In this document: positions 21,353 to 30,730 of the stretch, piece after piece
Numbering within the stretch: position 1 is the stretch's first letter
Layout: each line of letters opens with the position of its first letter
DNA from: a virus
Taxonomy: Duplodnaviria; Caudoviricetes
IMG/VR virus record: IMGVR_UViG_3300043395_004688
Direction: 5' to 3' (one strand)
Length of the DNA: 64,000 nucleotides
Made by a program: the position numbers and the translations under genes
Notes under the pieces: generated by a model
Told to the model about the DNA's origin: nothing
Databases searched by the model: none
Seen by the model: the letters and a program-made list of their open reading frames with translations, nothing else

Positions 21353-21813
21353 TGAGCCAGTGGTATAGGAAGGTAGCACAAGATATTGGAAATCTTCCTG
21401 ACTGCATTGCCTATTTTGAAAACCAATTAATTGAAGCTCGTGGTGAGCTCAAAATGATTGGTAGTTTAGAACGGGCCAGCAGAGAAATGCCAGGCATTGT
21501 TGAGTATCGTTTCAACCAGCTTCAAGAAATTGAAGCCATTCTTGAACACCTGAATATCGAACTTCGCAAACTTCGTAGTGCCAAGTTCCGTCAATTTACG
21601 GAACACTACAATAGAACTCTTAGCAGTCGTGACGCAGAGAAGTATGTAGATGGCGAACCAGAGGTTGCAGACATGGACAGTATTGTCAATGAATTTGCTC
21701 TAGTAAGAAACAAGTTCATTGGCCTTACCAAGGCCATTGATAGTAAACAGTTTCAAATTAATAATGTTACTAAATTGCGAGTTGCAGGCTTAGAAGATGT
21801 AGAACTGCGATAG
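21352..21813 (+). CDS. uvsY: Recombination mediator
   Basis: RTLSSRDAEKYVDGE..V......NE.ALVRNKFIGL.KA.D.KQFQINNV.KLRVAGLED. Confidence 0.85.
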   Translation: MSQWYRKVAQDIGNLPDCIAYFENQLIEARGELKMIGSLERASREMPGIVEYRFNQLQEIEAILEHLNIELRKLRSAKFRQFTEHYNRTLSSRDAEKYVDGEPEVADMDSIVNEFALVRNKFIGLTKAIDSKQFQINNVTKLRVAGLEDVELR

Positions 21814-21930
21814 TTAGCAAATACTAACTTTTAGGCCCAAAAGTGTTGCAAAAAAGCCACATTTTTGGGCTATTTTTGTGGCAAAAAAGCCACAAAAAAT
21901 CTGCTTACAAATCAATGACTTACAAACCCC

Positions 21931-22088
21931 CTAAAAACTGTCAAAAAACGGTTGACCTTTGAGCCCAGATCCAGCATAATAAGAACATGATGCAAAACAA
22001 GGCCCAAAAACAGCAAGTGTTGTATGTGTGCAACATTGCTAAAAACCGTCAAAAAACGGTTGACCTTTGAGCCCTGTTACTGCATAAT
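21931..22088 (+). promoter_or_regulatory. Two tandem near-identical sigma70 promoters
   Basis: TTGACC-17-CATAAT at 21952-21980 and 22060-22088, each inside a 36-bp direct repeat (21931-21966, 22039-22074; one mismatch). Confidence 0.85.
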
Positions 22089-22125
22089 AGATATTGTGTT
22101 AAACATTCCACGCAAAGGAAACAAC

Positions 22126-23181
22126 ATGTCAGCTTATATCACTATCCGCAACGGTTCCTACCGTAACTTCAACATCTCCAATCAGACATTCCAGCTTGTT
22201 GCCGACTACAAGGAAGGCACCAAGGGTGGCTATGTTACTGTTATTGCCGATGAAACTTTGGGCGAGTTTGCAGGACGCGAAGTTCGCGTCAAGGTTGACT
22301 CCATGCGCGATGTTGTGCCGGCCAGTGCCGCCGAGTGTGCTACCAACAGCATCGACGCTAATTATAATGCACCCAAGCGAAAGGAACCCAAAGTGCAAGA
22401 GACTGACGAGCAGGCCATTGAACGCATTCGTGAGCGTTTTGACATCCTTGAGGAAATGACCGAGGGTGCTGTGGACGGCTCGGTTCGTGCTATGATTGTT
22501 GTTGGCCCTCCGGGTGTGGGCAAGAGCTTTGGTGTCGAGAAGGTACTGGACAAGGCTTCTATGTTCGACAAGATCGGTGGTAAGCGTCCTCGCTACGAAG
22601 TGGTTAAGGGTGCTATGAGTGCCATTGGCTTGTACTGCAAGCTTTACAATTACTCTGACGCCGGCAATGTGCTGGTGTTTGACGACTGCGACAGCGTTCT
22701 GCTTGATGACTTGAGCTTGAACATTCTCAAGGCTGCTCTGGACTCTAGCAAGAAGCGCACCATCTGCTGGAACACTGACAGCCGTATGCTTCGTAGCGAA
22801 GGTGTGCCGGACCGCTTTGAGTTCAAGGGCTCGGCCATCTTCATCACCAATATCAAGTTTGAGCATGTTAAGAGTGCCAAGCTTAAGGATCACCTTGGTG
22901 CGCTGGAAAGCCGTTGCCACTATCTGGATCTAACGCTGGATACCACCCGCGACAAGATGCTTCGCATCAAGCAGATTATGATGGACGGTATGCTGGACCA
23001 TTATGACTTTGCTGACGGTGTCAAAGAAGAACTCTACGAGTATGTTGACACCAACAAAGATCGTCTGCGCGAGCTGAGCCTGCGTACTGTGATTAAGATT
23101 GCTGACTTGCGTAAGATGGTTGGTGAAGGCGACAAGTGGAAGCGTCTTGCAGAGACCACTGTGATGAAGCGCGGCGAATAA
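22126..23181 (+). CDS. P-loop AAA-type ATPase with N-terminal extension
   Basis: GPPGVGKS Walker A, VLVFDDCD Walker B, FITN sensor, ALESR Arg finger; AAGGA RBS supports start 22126 rather than 22024. Confidence 0.85.
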   Translation: MSAYITIRNGSYRNFNISNQTFQLVADYKEGTKGGYVTVIADETLGEFAGREVRVKVDSMRDVVPASAAECATNSIDANYNAPKRKEPKVQETDEQAIERIRERFDILEEMTEGAVDGSVRAMIVVGPPGVGKSFGVEKVLDKASMFDKIGGKRPRYEVVKGAMSAIGLYCKLYNYSDAGNVLVFDDCDSVLLDDLSLNILKAALDSSKKRTICWNTDSRMLRSEGVPDRFEFKGSAIFITNIKFEHVKSAKLKDHLGALESRCHYLDLTLDTTRDKMLRIKQIMMDGMLDHYDFADGVKEELYEYVDTNKDRLRELSLRTVIKIADLRKMVGEGDKWKRLAETTVMKRGE

Positions 23182-23245
23182 GTTACCCCTGCCGTGTGCG
23201 TAACGGGCAATGTCAATAAGACCCGTTTCGATAAGGAGTTTTAAA

Positions 23246-24286
23246 ATGCGTAAGATGGCAACAATGCGACAAATTGATGAAGTCCGTCCCATTGAAGGTG
23301 CGGATGCCATTGAGTGTGCAGTAGTTGGTGGATGGACAGTAGTTACCAAGAAGGGCGAATTCAAGCCCGGGGATGTGGCAATCTACTGTGAAATTGACAG
23401 CTGGATCCCCCATGAGCTTGCACCGTTCCTTAGCCGAGGACAGGAGCCTCGCGAGTTTGAAGGTGTACGTGGTGAACGCCTGCGTACTGTAAAGCTTCGT
23501 GGACAATTAAGCCAAGGCCTACTGCTCAATTATTGGGATTACCCTGCGGTGGTCAACGAGTTTCATAAGACTCGCTTGGCCAGCAATGAACCATTCGATG
23601 TCAGCGAGCTTCTAGGAATTAAGAAGTACGAGCCGCCTGTTCCGGCTCAGCTTGCCGGGGAAGTCAAAGGATTGTTTCCTGGTTGGTTGCAAAAGACAGA
23701 TCAGGAGCGTATCCAGAATCTTTCTAGCGAGCTAGCACATTGGATCAGCGAGTCTCATGCTTGGGAAATGACCGAAAAGCTTGACGGCAGTTCAATGACC
23801 GTGTATCTTAACAACGGTGAATTTGGTGTATGCAGTCGCAATCTTGAGCTCAAGCCCAATGCAGAAAACTCTCTGTGGAAGGTTGCCGTCAAGGACAATC
23901 TAGAAAGCAAACTGCGAGCAGAAGGCCGCAATCTTGCCCTGCAAGGTGAGTTGGTAGGAGAAGGCATTCAAGGCAATCCTTACAAGCTTCGCGGACAAGC
24001 TTACTATGTGTTTGACATCTACGACATTGATCGCGGGTGCTATTTTACTCCTGAGGAGCGAAAGGCATTGGTTACCAAGCACGGCATTGCTCATGTGCCT
24101 GTGCTAGGAACCTTGGTAATGGACAAGTCAACTACCATTGCTGACTTGCTAAAGATTGCCGAAGGCAAGAGTGTAATGGGAGATATCAATGGTCCTGAAC
24201 GAGAAGGCCTGGTCTTTAAGAGCAAACAGTTTCAGTGCTCATTCAAGGCCATTTCAAATCGTTTTCTATTAAAGACTAGCGGTTAA
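23246..24286 (+). CDS. RNA ligase (Rnl2/DRB0094-type)
   Basis: N-terminal LATMRQI..V.PI.GAD.IE domain, TEKLDGSS motif I, LQGELVG motif III, YVFDIY IIIa, REGLVFK motif IV, FKAIS motif V; AAGGAG RBS before 23246. Confidence 0.88.
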   Translation: MRKMATMRQIDEVRPIEGADAIECAVVGGWTVVTKKGEFKPGDVAIYCEIDSWIPHELAPFLSRGQEPREFEGVRGERLRTVKLRGQLSQGLLLNYWDYPAVVNEFHKTRLASNEPFDVSELLGIKKYEPPVPAQLAGEVKGLFPGWLQKTDQERIQNLSSELAHWISESHAWEMTEKLDGSSMTVYLNNGEFGVCSRNLELKPNAENSLWKVAVKDNLESKLRAEGRNLALQGELVGEGIQGNPYKLRGQAYYVFDIYDIDRGCYFTPEERKALVTKHGIAHVPVLGTLVMDKSTTIADLLKIAEGKSVMGDINGPEREGLVFKSKQFQCSFKAISNRFLLKTSG

Positions 24287-24328
24287 CACCAACTGGCTGA
24301 CTATTTGCGTGGAATGCAGTTGGTGGGG

Positions 24329-24356
24329 AAAGGGCTCTTAGGAGCCCTTTCTTTTT
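24329..24356 (+). terminator. Rho-independent terminator
   Basis: AAAGGGCTC-TTAG-GAGCCCTTTCTTTTT. Confidence 0.85.
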
Positions 24357-24491
24357 GGCCATGGTATGGACAAATTACCTATTTTAAAATCATGGTTTTT
24401 GTGCTAAGTATAAGCTCTCCCAAAGAACGACTTTGAGTGTTATGGTAATGTGTATCGTATACATTGCCTGCATTAATTGCTATAATAAGTC

Positions 24492-25949
24492 ATGCCAGGA
24501 ATATGTCGACTAGAAATCCGTGACGAAGTAAACATCAAGTTTCATGACTTGGATGCATCAACACGCCGAAGATGCGAAGCTAAACTAAAATACCAACTGC
24601 CTTATGCATACCATGTGCCTGCCTTTAGGTTAGGAAGGTGGGATGGTAAGGTTGGTTTCTTTACAACGGCCGGTGCCACATATCTAAATCTATTGGATCG
24701 GGTACTGCCAATCTTAGACGAAGAAGGTTGGCGAATTGAAATTGAAGATCGTAGACTTGTACACAATTTCAATTTTGCAGAAGTTACCGAGGACACCTTT
24801 AGCCATATTGTTTGGCCCAAAGGTCACCCTGCAGAAGGTCAGCCTATCAAGATACGCGACTATCAAGTAGAGTGTATTAACAGGTTTCTTGCCAACCCAC
24901 ATGGGGTGCAAGAGATTGCAACTGGTGCTGGCAAGACGCTTATGACAGCCGCTATGAGTTTGTGTTGCGAACCCTATGGGCGCACAATTGTTATCGTTCC
25001 TAACAAGGATCTTGTAAGACAGACTCATGCAGACTATGTGAACATGGGGCTAGATGTTGGTGTGTACTTTGGGGATGAAAAGGATCTAGGACACACTCAT
25101 ACTATTGCTACTTGGCAAAGCATCAACTCGCTAATTAAAAGGCACAAAGAAGGTCTTAGCGAAGTTGGTGTAAGTGCATTAACAGATGATTTGATTGCTG
25201 TTATTGTTGACGAAGTACACATGGCCAAGGCCGATGTGCTTAGAACTTTGCTGACTGGGCCCTTTGCTAATGTACCAATTCGTTGGGGACTAACTGGTAC
25301 GGTTCCCAAAGAAGAACACGAGTATATCAGCCTAATTGCAAGCTTGGGGCAAGTGTTACACAGGCTGCAAGCCAGCGAGCTTCAAGATATAGGTGTGCTT
25401 AGTAACTGCCATGTTAAAGTATTGCAGTTTGACGATAAGGTTGATTACAAAACCTATCAGGAAGAACTGACATATCTAACTACCAACGAGCGCAGAATCG
25501 ACGAGTTAGCACGAACCATTGATGCTATCAGTCAAGGCGGCAATACTCTAGTATTGGTAGATAGAATCACCTGCGGTAAAATGCTAGCAGAGCGATTAGC
25601 CGACAGCGTTTTTGTCAGCGGCAATATGAAAAGCAAAGACAGAAAGGAAGAATACGATGAGGTCACTGTCAGCGATAATAAGATCATTATTGCGACCTAC
25701 GGTGTCGCCGCTGTTGGTATTAATATTCCTCGCATTTTTAATCTTGTTCTTGTCGAACCTGGTAAGAGTTTTGTACGAGTTATCCAAAGTATTGGGCGCG
25801 GCATAAGAAAAGCACAGGACAAGGATTTTGTTCAAATCTGGGACATCACATCAACAGCAAAGTTTGCAAAAAGACATTTGGCTAAGCGCAAAAAGTTTTA
25901 TGAGGAAGCAAACTATCCCTACCAAACAGAAAAGGTTTTGTATAAATGA
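24492..25949 (+). CDS. uvsW: SF2 DNA helicase
   Basis: RDYQ, ATGAGKT, VIVDEVH, GLTGT, GINIPRI, QSIGRGIR motifs. Confidence 0.92.
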   Translation: MPGICRLEIRDEVNIKFHDLDASTRRRCEAKLKYQLPYAYHVPAFRLGRWDGKVGFFTTAGATYLNLLDRVLPILDEEGWRIEIEDRRLVHNFNFAEVTEDTFSHIVWPKGHPAEGQPIKIRDYQVECINRFLANPHGVQEIATGAGKTLMTAAMSLCCEPYGRTIVIVPNKDLVRQTHADYVNMGLDVGVYFGDEKDLGHTHTIATWQSINSLIKRHKEGLSEVGVSALTDDLIAVIVDEVHMAKADVLRTLLTGPFANVPIRWGLTGTVPKEEHEYISLIASLGQVLHRLQASELQDIGVLSNCHVKVLQFDDKVDYKTYQEELTYLTTNERRIDELARTIDAISQGGNTLVLVDRITCGKMLAERLADSVFVSGNMKSKDRKEEYDEVTVSDNKIIIATYGVAAVGINIPRIFNLVLVEPGKSFVRVIQSIGRGIRKAQDKDFVQIWDITSTAKFAKRHLAKRKKFYEEANYPYQTEKVLYK

Positions 25950-26452
25950 ATATTCTAACAGTTAACAATTTAGCCTACGACTTGGATCGTTTGCCTCAAG
26001 AAATTGACGAAGATCTGCGTTACGGTGTACTTGACTACAGCAATCCTGCTGATGTAGACTATGTATTTGTGCCTTTGGTATTCCTCGAAAGCTTTAGTTG
26101 TCCGGCAGCAGTACTGCGTATTGGTGAATACGAAGTTAAGGTTCCGTTGGATTGGTCATTGATTATCGGTGAACCAGATCACGGAGAGCCCGAAGTCATC
26201 AGCATCATGAGTCTTAACGATCGTGGCTTCAGCACCTTTGTGTTTAACCCTATCAACGGCTACAAGCCCAGCTGGCAAAAGGTTGAAGTTGTAAACATTT
26301 ATCAAGAAGTCAAATGGTATGTGCCCAAGCTTAAATTTGGTCACATACTAGCAGTACCACTAGAAAAGAAAGATAATCCCATGTGCGCTTTCTTTCTCAA
26401 AGAAGTAAACAAGGTGCCTGAAGTACTTGACTTAAACAAGATTTGGTTTTAA
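25946..26452 (+). CDS. Hypothetical protein
   Basis: 168-aa ORF coupled to uvsW (ATGA overlap). Confidence 0.75.
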   Translation: MNILTVNNLAYDLDRLPQEIDEDLRYGVLDYSNPADVDYVFVPLVFLESFSCPAAVLRIGEYEVKVPLDWSLIIGEPDHGEPEVISIMSLNDRGFSTFVFNPINGYKPSWQKVEVVNIYQEVKWYVPKLKFGHILAVPLEKKDNPMCAFFLKEVNKVPEVLDLNKIWF

Positions 26453-26461
26453 TATTAGCGC

Positions 26462-26950
26462 ATGGCAACAAAAAAGAAAACCAGCACAGCCGCATACAAA
26501 GTGCCCATCGATCAGGTGATGGCTGCGGTAGACCTGCGAAATGGCGATTACTATTCCAAGTTGTCTGATGAGGATCGCAAGTCCGTAAACACTTTTATGG
26601 CTCAAAGATGGGCAAGTCAGGTACAAGGAAGCAGAGAAATTCAAGAGCACTATCTTGTTACCATAAACGACCTATCCAACATTGACTACATTGCTACCAC
26701 CAGTCAGCATGATGAAATGCGTTGGCGTGTGATTGCCTTATGTGGTCTTGGTTCCAAGCTTAGACATGAATTTATTCCTCCCAAGGGTCAAAAGAAAGAC
26801 AAGTTAACTGCCTGGTTAATTGAACGATTCCCATCGCTGGCAGACGAGGAAATTGAGCTGTTTCGAGAAATCAACGGCGATGATTTTCTAGAAGATATGG
26901 CCAGAGCTCAAAACCTTAGTGATAAAGATATCAAAGAATTGTTTAAATAA
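26462..26950 (+). CDS. Possible clamp-loader small subunit (gp62-like)
   Basis: Helical protein with FMAQRWAS...HEFIP pattern reminiscent of gp62; own sigma70 promoter TTGACT-17-TAATAT (26427-26455). Function tentative. Confidence 0.4.
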   Translation: MATKKKTSTAAYKVPIDQVMAAVDLRNGDYYSKLSDEDRKSVNTFMAQRWASQVQGSREIQEHYLVTINDLSNIDYIATTSQHDEMRWRVIALCGLGSKLRHEFIPPKGQKKDKLTAWLIERFPSLADEEIELFREINGDDFLEDMARAQNLSDKDIKELFK

Positions 26951-27643
26951 ATGACTACGGAATATAAATGTAAATTTTGTAACAAGTCATTCACCAGAGA
27001 GCGTACTTTAAGCAGCCATATGTGCGAAAAGAAGCGTCGCTGGATGAACAAGGATGAAGCTGAAAGTAGGATTGGATTTAGTGTGTGGCTAGACTTTTTA
27101 AAGTATGTGAGCCCACACACTAAAAAGACCAAGACATTTGAAGATTTTGTTCGTAGTCCTGACTATTTGGCTTTTATCAAATTTGCTAATTACTTGATAG
27201 ACTTGAAACCATACGAATGCGATAAGTTTATTAACTGGCTGTTTAAGATGGGTGTGAGATTAGGCGATTGGCAGAAGCCAGGAACCTATCAACTTTACAT
27301 CCAAGAGGCATCAAAAAAAGAAAGTGCAGCCAGAGCATTAGAAAGAACCATCTTGGTTATGCAGGAATGGGGATTGAGTACTGGTAATGACTGGAGAACC
27401 TTTTTTGAAAAGGTGTCACCAGTTACCGGAATGAATATGATAACCATGGGCAAGATCAGTCCTTGGATTATATATTCAACAGACTCTGCTCAAAATCTCA
27501 TTGATCGTATGGAACCAGGACAAGTAACAATAGTTACTAAACATGTGGATACGGAATGGTGGAAAAGAAAACTGAACAAAGAGCCCAAAGAAGTGACCTG
27601 GATCAACACAATGATGCAGCAGGCCCTCAGTATGAGTCCTTAG
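26951..27643 (+). CDS. Zn-finger protein (CKFC...HMC), possibly helicase-loader-like
   Basis: N-terminal C-x2-C-x12-H-x-C zinc knuckle; replication-gene context. Confidence 0.45.
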   Translation: MTTEYKCKFCNKSFTRERTLSSHMCEKKRRWMNKDEAESRIGFSVWLDFLKYVSPHTKKTKTFEDFVRSPDYLAFIKFANYLIDLKPYECDKFINWLFKMGVRLGDWQKPGTYQLYIQEASKKESAARALERTILVMQEWGLSTGNDWRTFFEKVSPVTGMNMITMGKISPWIIYSTDSAQNLIDRMEPGQVTIVTKHVDTEWWKRKLNKEPKEVTWINTMMQQALSMSP

Positions 27644-27742
27644 AACGCAGGTTGTTGGAGTTCATTGAAAAACTTGACAAGTTGACCCTAGAACTCAGCG
27701 AAATCAAACAACAGCAAAAACTACTGACAGACATGATTAAAA

Positions 27743-28342
27743 ATGATAAATCAGCCTGACATTGACATTGACTTTGCCAATAGAGAACAGATCCTCAGTT
27801 TGCTGAAACATGTTCCTGCAATGCAAGGATCCAATGGTAGCAAGCAAAAGCACAAGACTGGCGTGTATTTTCATCCAGTGCCGGTCAATCCCTATACAGG
27901 TTGGTGCAGCCTTGACTACGAAGCAGCCGAACAACTGGGATTTTTTAAAGTTGACTTATTAAATGTAAACTTGTATCAACGAGTCCAAAGCAAAGAGCAT
28001 TTGGATAAGCTTGCCAATCAGGAGCCGGTATGGGAACTTTTACAACAAGAGGAATTCGTCGATCTGTTATTTCATTTGAACGGGCATGGGGATGTTCTGA
28101 AGAGGACTTGCCCTACTTCCGTGGAACAATTAGCTGCCGTCCTAGCGATGATCCGCCCCGCCAAGAGATACCTGATTGGGAAACCCTGGACGACGATTAT
28201 GAAGGAAGTGTGGACGAAGCCTAAGAATGGTGAGTATTACTTTAAAAAGGCTCACGCTGTAGCTTATGCAGTTGCAATCGTGGCGCAGATGAATTTGATT
28301 TGCGAAGAATTTGTACTTTTTAAAAGTACGAATCAGCTCTAA
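27743..28342 (+). CDS. Minimal DNA polymerase III alpha (DnaE)-like protein
   Basis: PDIDIDF, KHKTGVYF, GFFKVDLLN, LAMIRP and YFKKAHAVAYA match DnaE palm/finger motifs in the correct order, in only 199 aa. Confidence 0.8.
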   Translation: MINQPDIDIDFANREQILSLLKHVPAMQGSNGSKQKHKTGVYFHPVPVNPYTGWCSLDYEAAEQLGFFKVDLLNVNLYQRVQSKEHLDKLANQEPVWELLQQEEFVDLLFHLNGHGDVLKRTCPTSVEQLAAVLAMIRPAKRYLIGKPWTTIMKEVWTKPKNGEYYFKKAHAVAYAVAIVAQMNLICEEFVLFKSTNQL

Positions 28343-28713
28343 GACATCTTTCTAATAAGGCTAATTTGTCGCCGTTTAGTTCGCTTGGTAATCACATTTG
28401 TCAGACTAGTTTGATGCCCGTACAGCATTTCAAAGTCTTTGGTGCTAAAAGTTTTGAGGATATATGAAAACCGACGCATGGGCTCTTTGAGCACAATATT
28501 AATAGGGATTAGGCGGTTTGATCCCCACCACCATTCTTCTCCACATTCAATGAATGCAGTTTTGTCATCGTCGCCTTTTAGCTGGTTGTAGACATACATT
28601 GTGACCACAGTTTGGTCACTGTTTTGTACAATTCCAACCAATTCGCTGTCGCCGTAGCGCACCAAGCTCATAAAAGGAAAGCGTTCTAGAAATTCTTTTA
28701 GCTTACTATCCAT
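28339..28713 (-). CDS. Hypothetical protein
   Basis: 124-aa ORF with a TAAGTA late motif just upstream on the minus strand. Confidence 0.7.
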   Translation of the reverse strand: MDSKLKEFLERFPFMSLVRYGDSELVGIVQNSDQTVVTMYVYNQLKGDDDKTAFIECGEEWWWGSNRLIPINIVLKEPMRRFSYILKTFSTKDFEMLYGHQTSLTNVITKRTKRRQISLIRKMS

Positions 28714-28746
28714 CGTCTTTACTTACCTTTTATTTGTCTAGCGGTC

Positions 28747-29559
28747 ATGCTAAATAATGATATGGCTACTTTAAACACAACTATTCCAACAGCTTCTCTT
28801 AACTACGCTGGTGCGGGCACCGGGCATAGTCTGACACGACATGCACCGAGCTACACTGATCAACGCATAGTTTGGTTTAAAGGTGTGGATAATCTATTAG
28901 ATCTTACCGTTACAGGAACAGATCGTAGACCTGTAAGTTTATTGAATAAAGAATTAACAGTCACCCTATGGGATACCACAACAGGAACTACAATTTTTCG
29001 ACGCCGAGCTATTGCCACCGTTCCAGAAAATGGACAAGCCAGACTAACTGTTTTTGCCAGAGATTTAATGACCACACCCAGCGGAATTTACAAGTTAGGT
29101 GCTACCTTTGTTGATGGCAACGGTTTAGAAACTGCCCTAACTTGGAATAGAGCAATGCAAGCTGGATTTGACATTGAAATCAAAGACGAAGTAATTCCAA
29201 CTAGCAGAACCACAGTTGCAGTTGACTCTTGGACTAACTCCGGCGGCAATTATTTTTCCAGTGCTGTAAACGGACCCAGTTTTTATCGCAAAGATTCGAG
29301 TCTGTTTTCGGTGGCCTTGTACGCAACCAACTATACTGGCACCGTCAAAATACAAGGCACACTGGATGAGGTGGTGACCGGAAACACTCTTTGGGCAGAC
29401 CTAAAGCCACAAGATGCCAGTTCGCCTATACTAACACTCACTGGCTATACTGGCATTGACCCATACAACTATTATGGTAGTGTTCGTTGGTTAAGAACTG
29501 TTCGCGCCGACAGCTCAAGCAACGCTGGAACTCTTGACAAAATCCTAATTAGAGTGTAA
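28747..29559 (+). CDS. Probable virion structural protein (beta-rich)
   Basis: 270 aa, T/S/G/V-rich, TAAATA motif at the start; no enzyme motif. Confidence 0.55.
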   Translation: MLNNDMATLNTTIPTASLNYAGAGTGHSLTRHAPSYTDQRIVWFKGVDNLLDLTVTGTDRRPVSLLNKELTVTLWDTTTGTTIFRRRAIATVPENGQARLTVFARDLMTTPSGIYKLGATFVDGNGLETALTWNRAMQAGFDIEIKDEVIPTSRTTVAVDSWTNSGGNYFSSAVNGPSFYRKDSSLFSVALYATNYTGTVKIQGTLDEVVTGNTLWADLKPQDASSPILTLTGYTGIDPYNYYGSVRWLRTVRADSSSNAGTLDKILIRV

Positions 29560-29571
29560 ACTAGCTCTATA

Positions 29572-30540
29572 ATGAGTCTAGTTGAAACTACTCTACGGTC
29601 CCACCTACCTGCATTAAAACCTAGCTCGTCTGGCTGGCTCAGCATGAACTGTCCGGTTTGTGTGCAAAATGGCCAGCCCAGGCCTGACACTCGTTATCGA
29701 GGCGGCTTTAGATTTGACACAGACAAAGTAGGTTATCATTGCTTTAACTGTGGATTCACCACAGGATGGAGGCCTGGTCAACGACTTGGCATCAAGCTGA
29801 TCAAGCTCATGCGAGCTGTTGGCATTGATGAAGGCGAAATCCAGCGTTTAAAAATACAGCTTTGGGACCAAGTAGTACCGGATGAAGTTAGCATTGAAGA
29901 GCCATTCAAAAAGCCAGATTGGCCAGAAATACAATGGCCCTGGACAGTAAGAGATTTAACACTTGAAGCCGCAGAATATCTTGACAGCAGAGGCGTGTTA
30001 GAACTTAGCGACTGGTATACAAGTGCAAGTCCTCTGCAAAGTATGGACAGTCGTGTTATATTGCCTTATACCAGCGATGGCAAGATTGTAGGATATAGTG
30101 CTCGTTGGATTGGCAATGTGCCAGATAAGAAAACTGCAAAGATGATTAGCAGTAGACCTCCAAGCTTTGTATTCAACCTAGATCATCAAAGCCAACAGCG
30201 TAAGTACACAATAGTAACAGAAGGCGAATATGATGCATTGACGCTGGATGGTGTTGCAATTATGACCAATGAAATTAGCCCCGAACAAGCTAAAATCATT
30301 GAGGACATTGATAATGAACCTGTTGTTTTGCCTGACCGCGATCGTGCCGGAATGACCTTGGCTTTACAAGCAGCCGAACTGGGATGGAGTGTGAGTTTTC
30401 CAGAGTGGCCAGATGGCATTAAGGATGCTAACGAGGCTGCACAACAATTTGGAAGAGCTGCCACACTACAAAGCGTGATTATGGCAATTGAACCTAGTCC
30501 GCTAAAGATTAAATTACTAGCAAGGCGGTGGTGTGTTTGA
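29572..30540 (+). CDS. gp61: DNA primase
   Basis: CPVC...YHCFNC zinc ribbon; TOPRIM VTEGEYDAL and PDRD, KDANE. Confidence 0.9.
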   Translation: MSLVETTLRSHLPALKPSSSGWLSMNCPVCVQNGQPRPDTRYRGGFRFDTDKVGYHCFNCGFTTGWRPGQRLGIKLIKLMRAVGIDEGEIQRLKIQLWDQVVPDEVSIEEPFKKPDWPEIQWPWTVRDLTLEAAEYLDSRGVLELSDWYTSASPLQSMDSRVILPYTSDGKIVGYSARWIGNVPDKKTAKMISSRPPSFVFNLDHQSQQRKYTIVTEGEYDALTLDGVAIMTNEISPEQAKIIEDIDNEPVVLPDRDRAGMTLALQAAELGWSVSFPEWPDGIKDANEAAQQFGRAATLQSVIMAIEPSPLKIKLLARRWCV

Positions 30541-30730
30541 AGTTAGAATAGATTGGAAACTAGGTCAAGACACAGAGGAATGGTGGAATCAAGCCTGTGC
30601 TTGGGTCTTAGAAGAATTTGGACTACCGGGCAGTTGCTACAACATAAGGTTCACAGAAAATTACATGATTTTTGATTTTGATAATAAAGAAGATGCTGTA
30701 ACAATGATGTTGCGATGGGGGAAAAATTAA
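30533..30730 (+). CDS. Small hypothetical protein
   Basis: 65-aa ORF bridging primase and helicase with overlaps at both ends. Confidence 0.65.
   Translation: MFEVRIDWKLGQDTEEWWNQACAWVLEEFGLPGSCYNIRFTENYMIFDFDNKEDAVTMMLRWGKN

Noticed and set aside
22024-22125. N-terminal extension of the AAA ATPase in the ORF track
   Set aside because: It runs through the second promoter; the RBS supports ATG 22126.
22129-22920. 263-aa antisense ORF opposite the AAA ATPase
   Set aside because: Explained by the sense gene's codon bias; no RBS, promoter or motif.
27556-27759. 67-aa ORF between the Zn-finger gene and mini-DnaE
   Set aside because: Overlaps both neighbours and has no clear start or RBS; the 3' half could be a real coiled-coil peptide but support is too weak to call.
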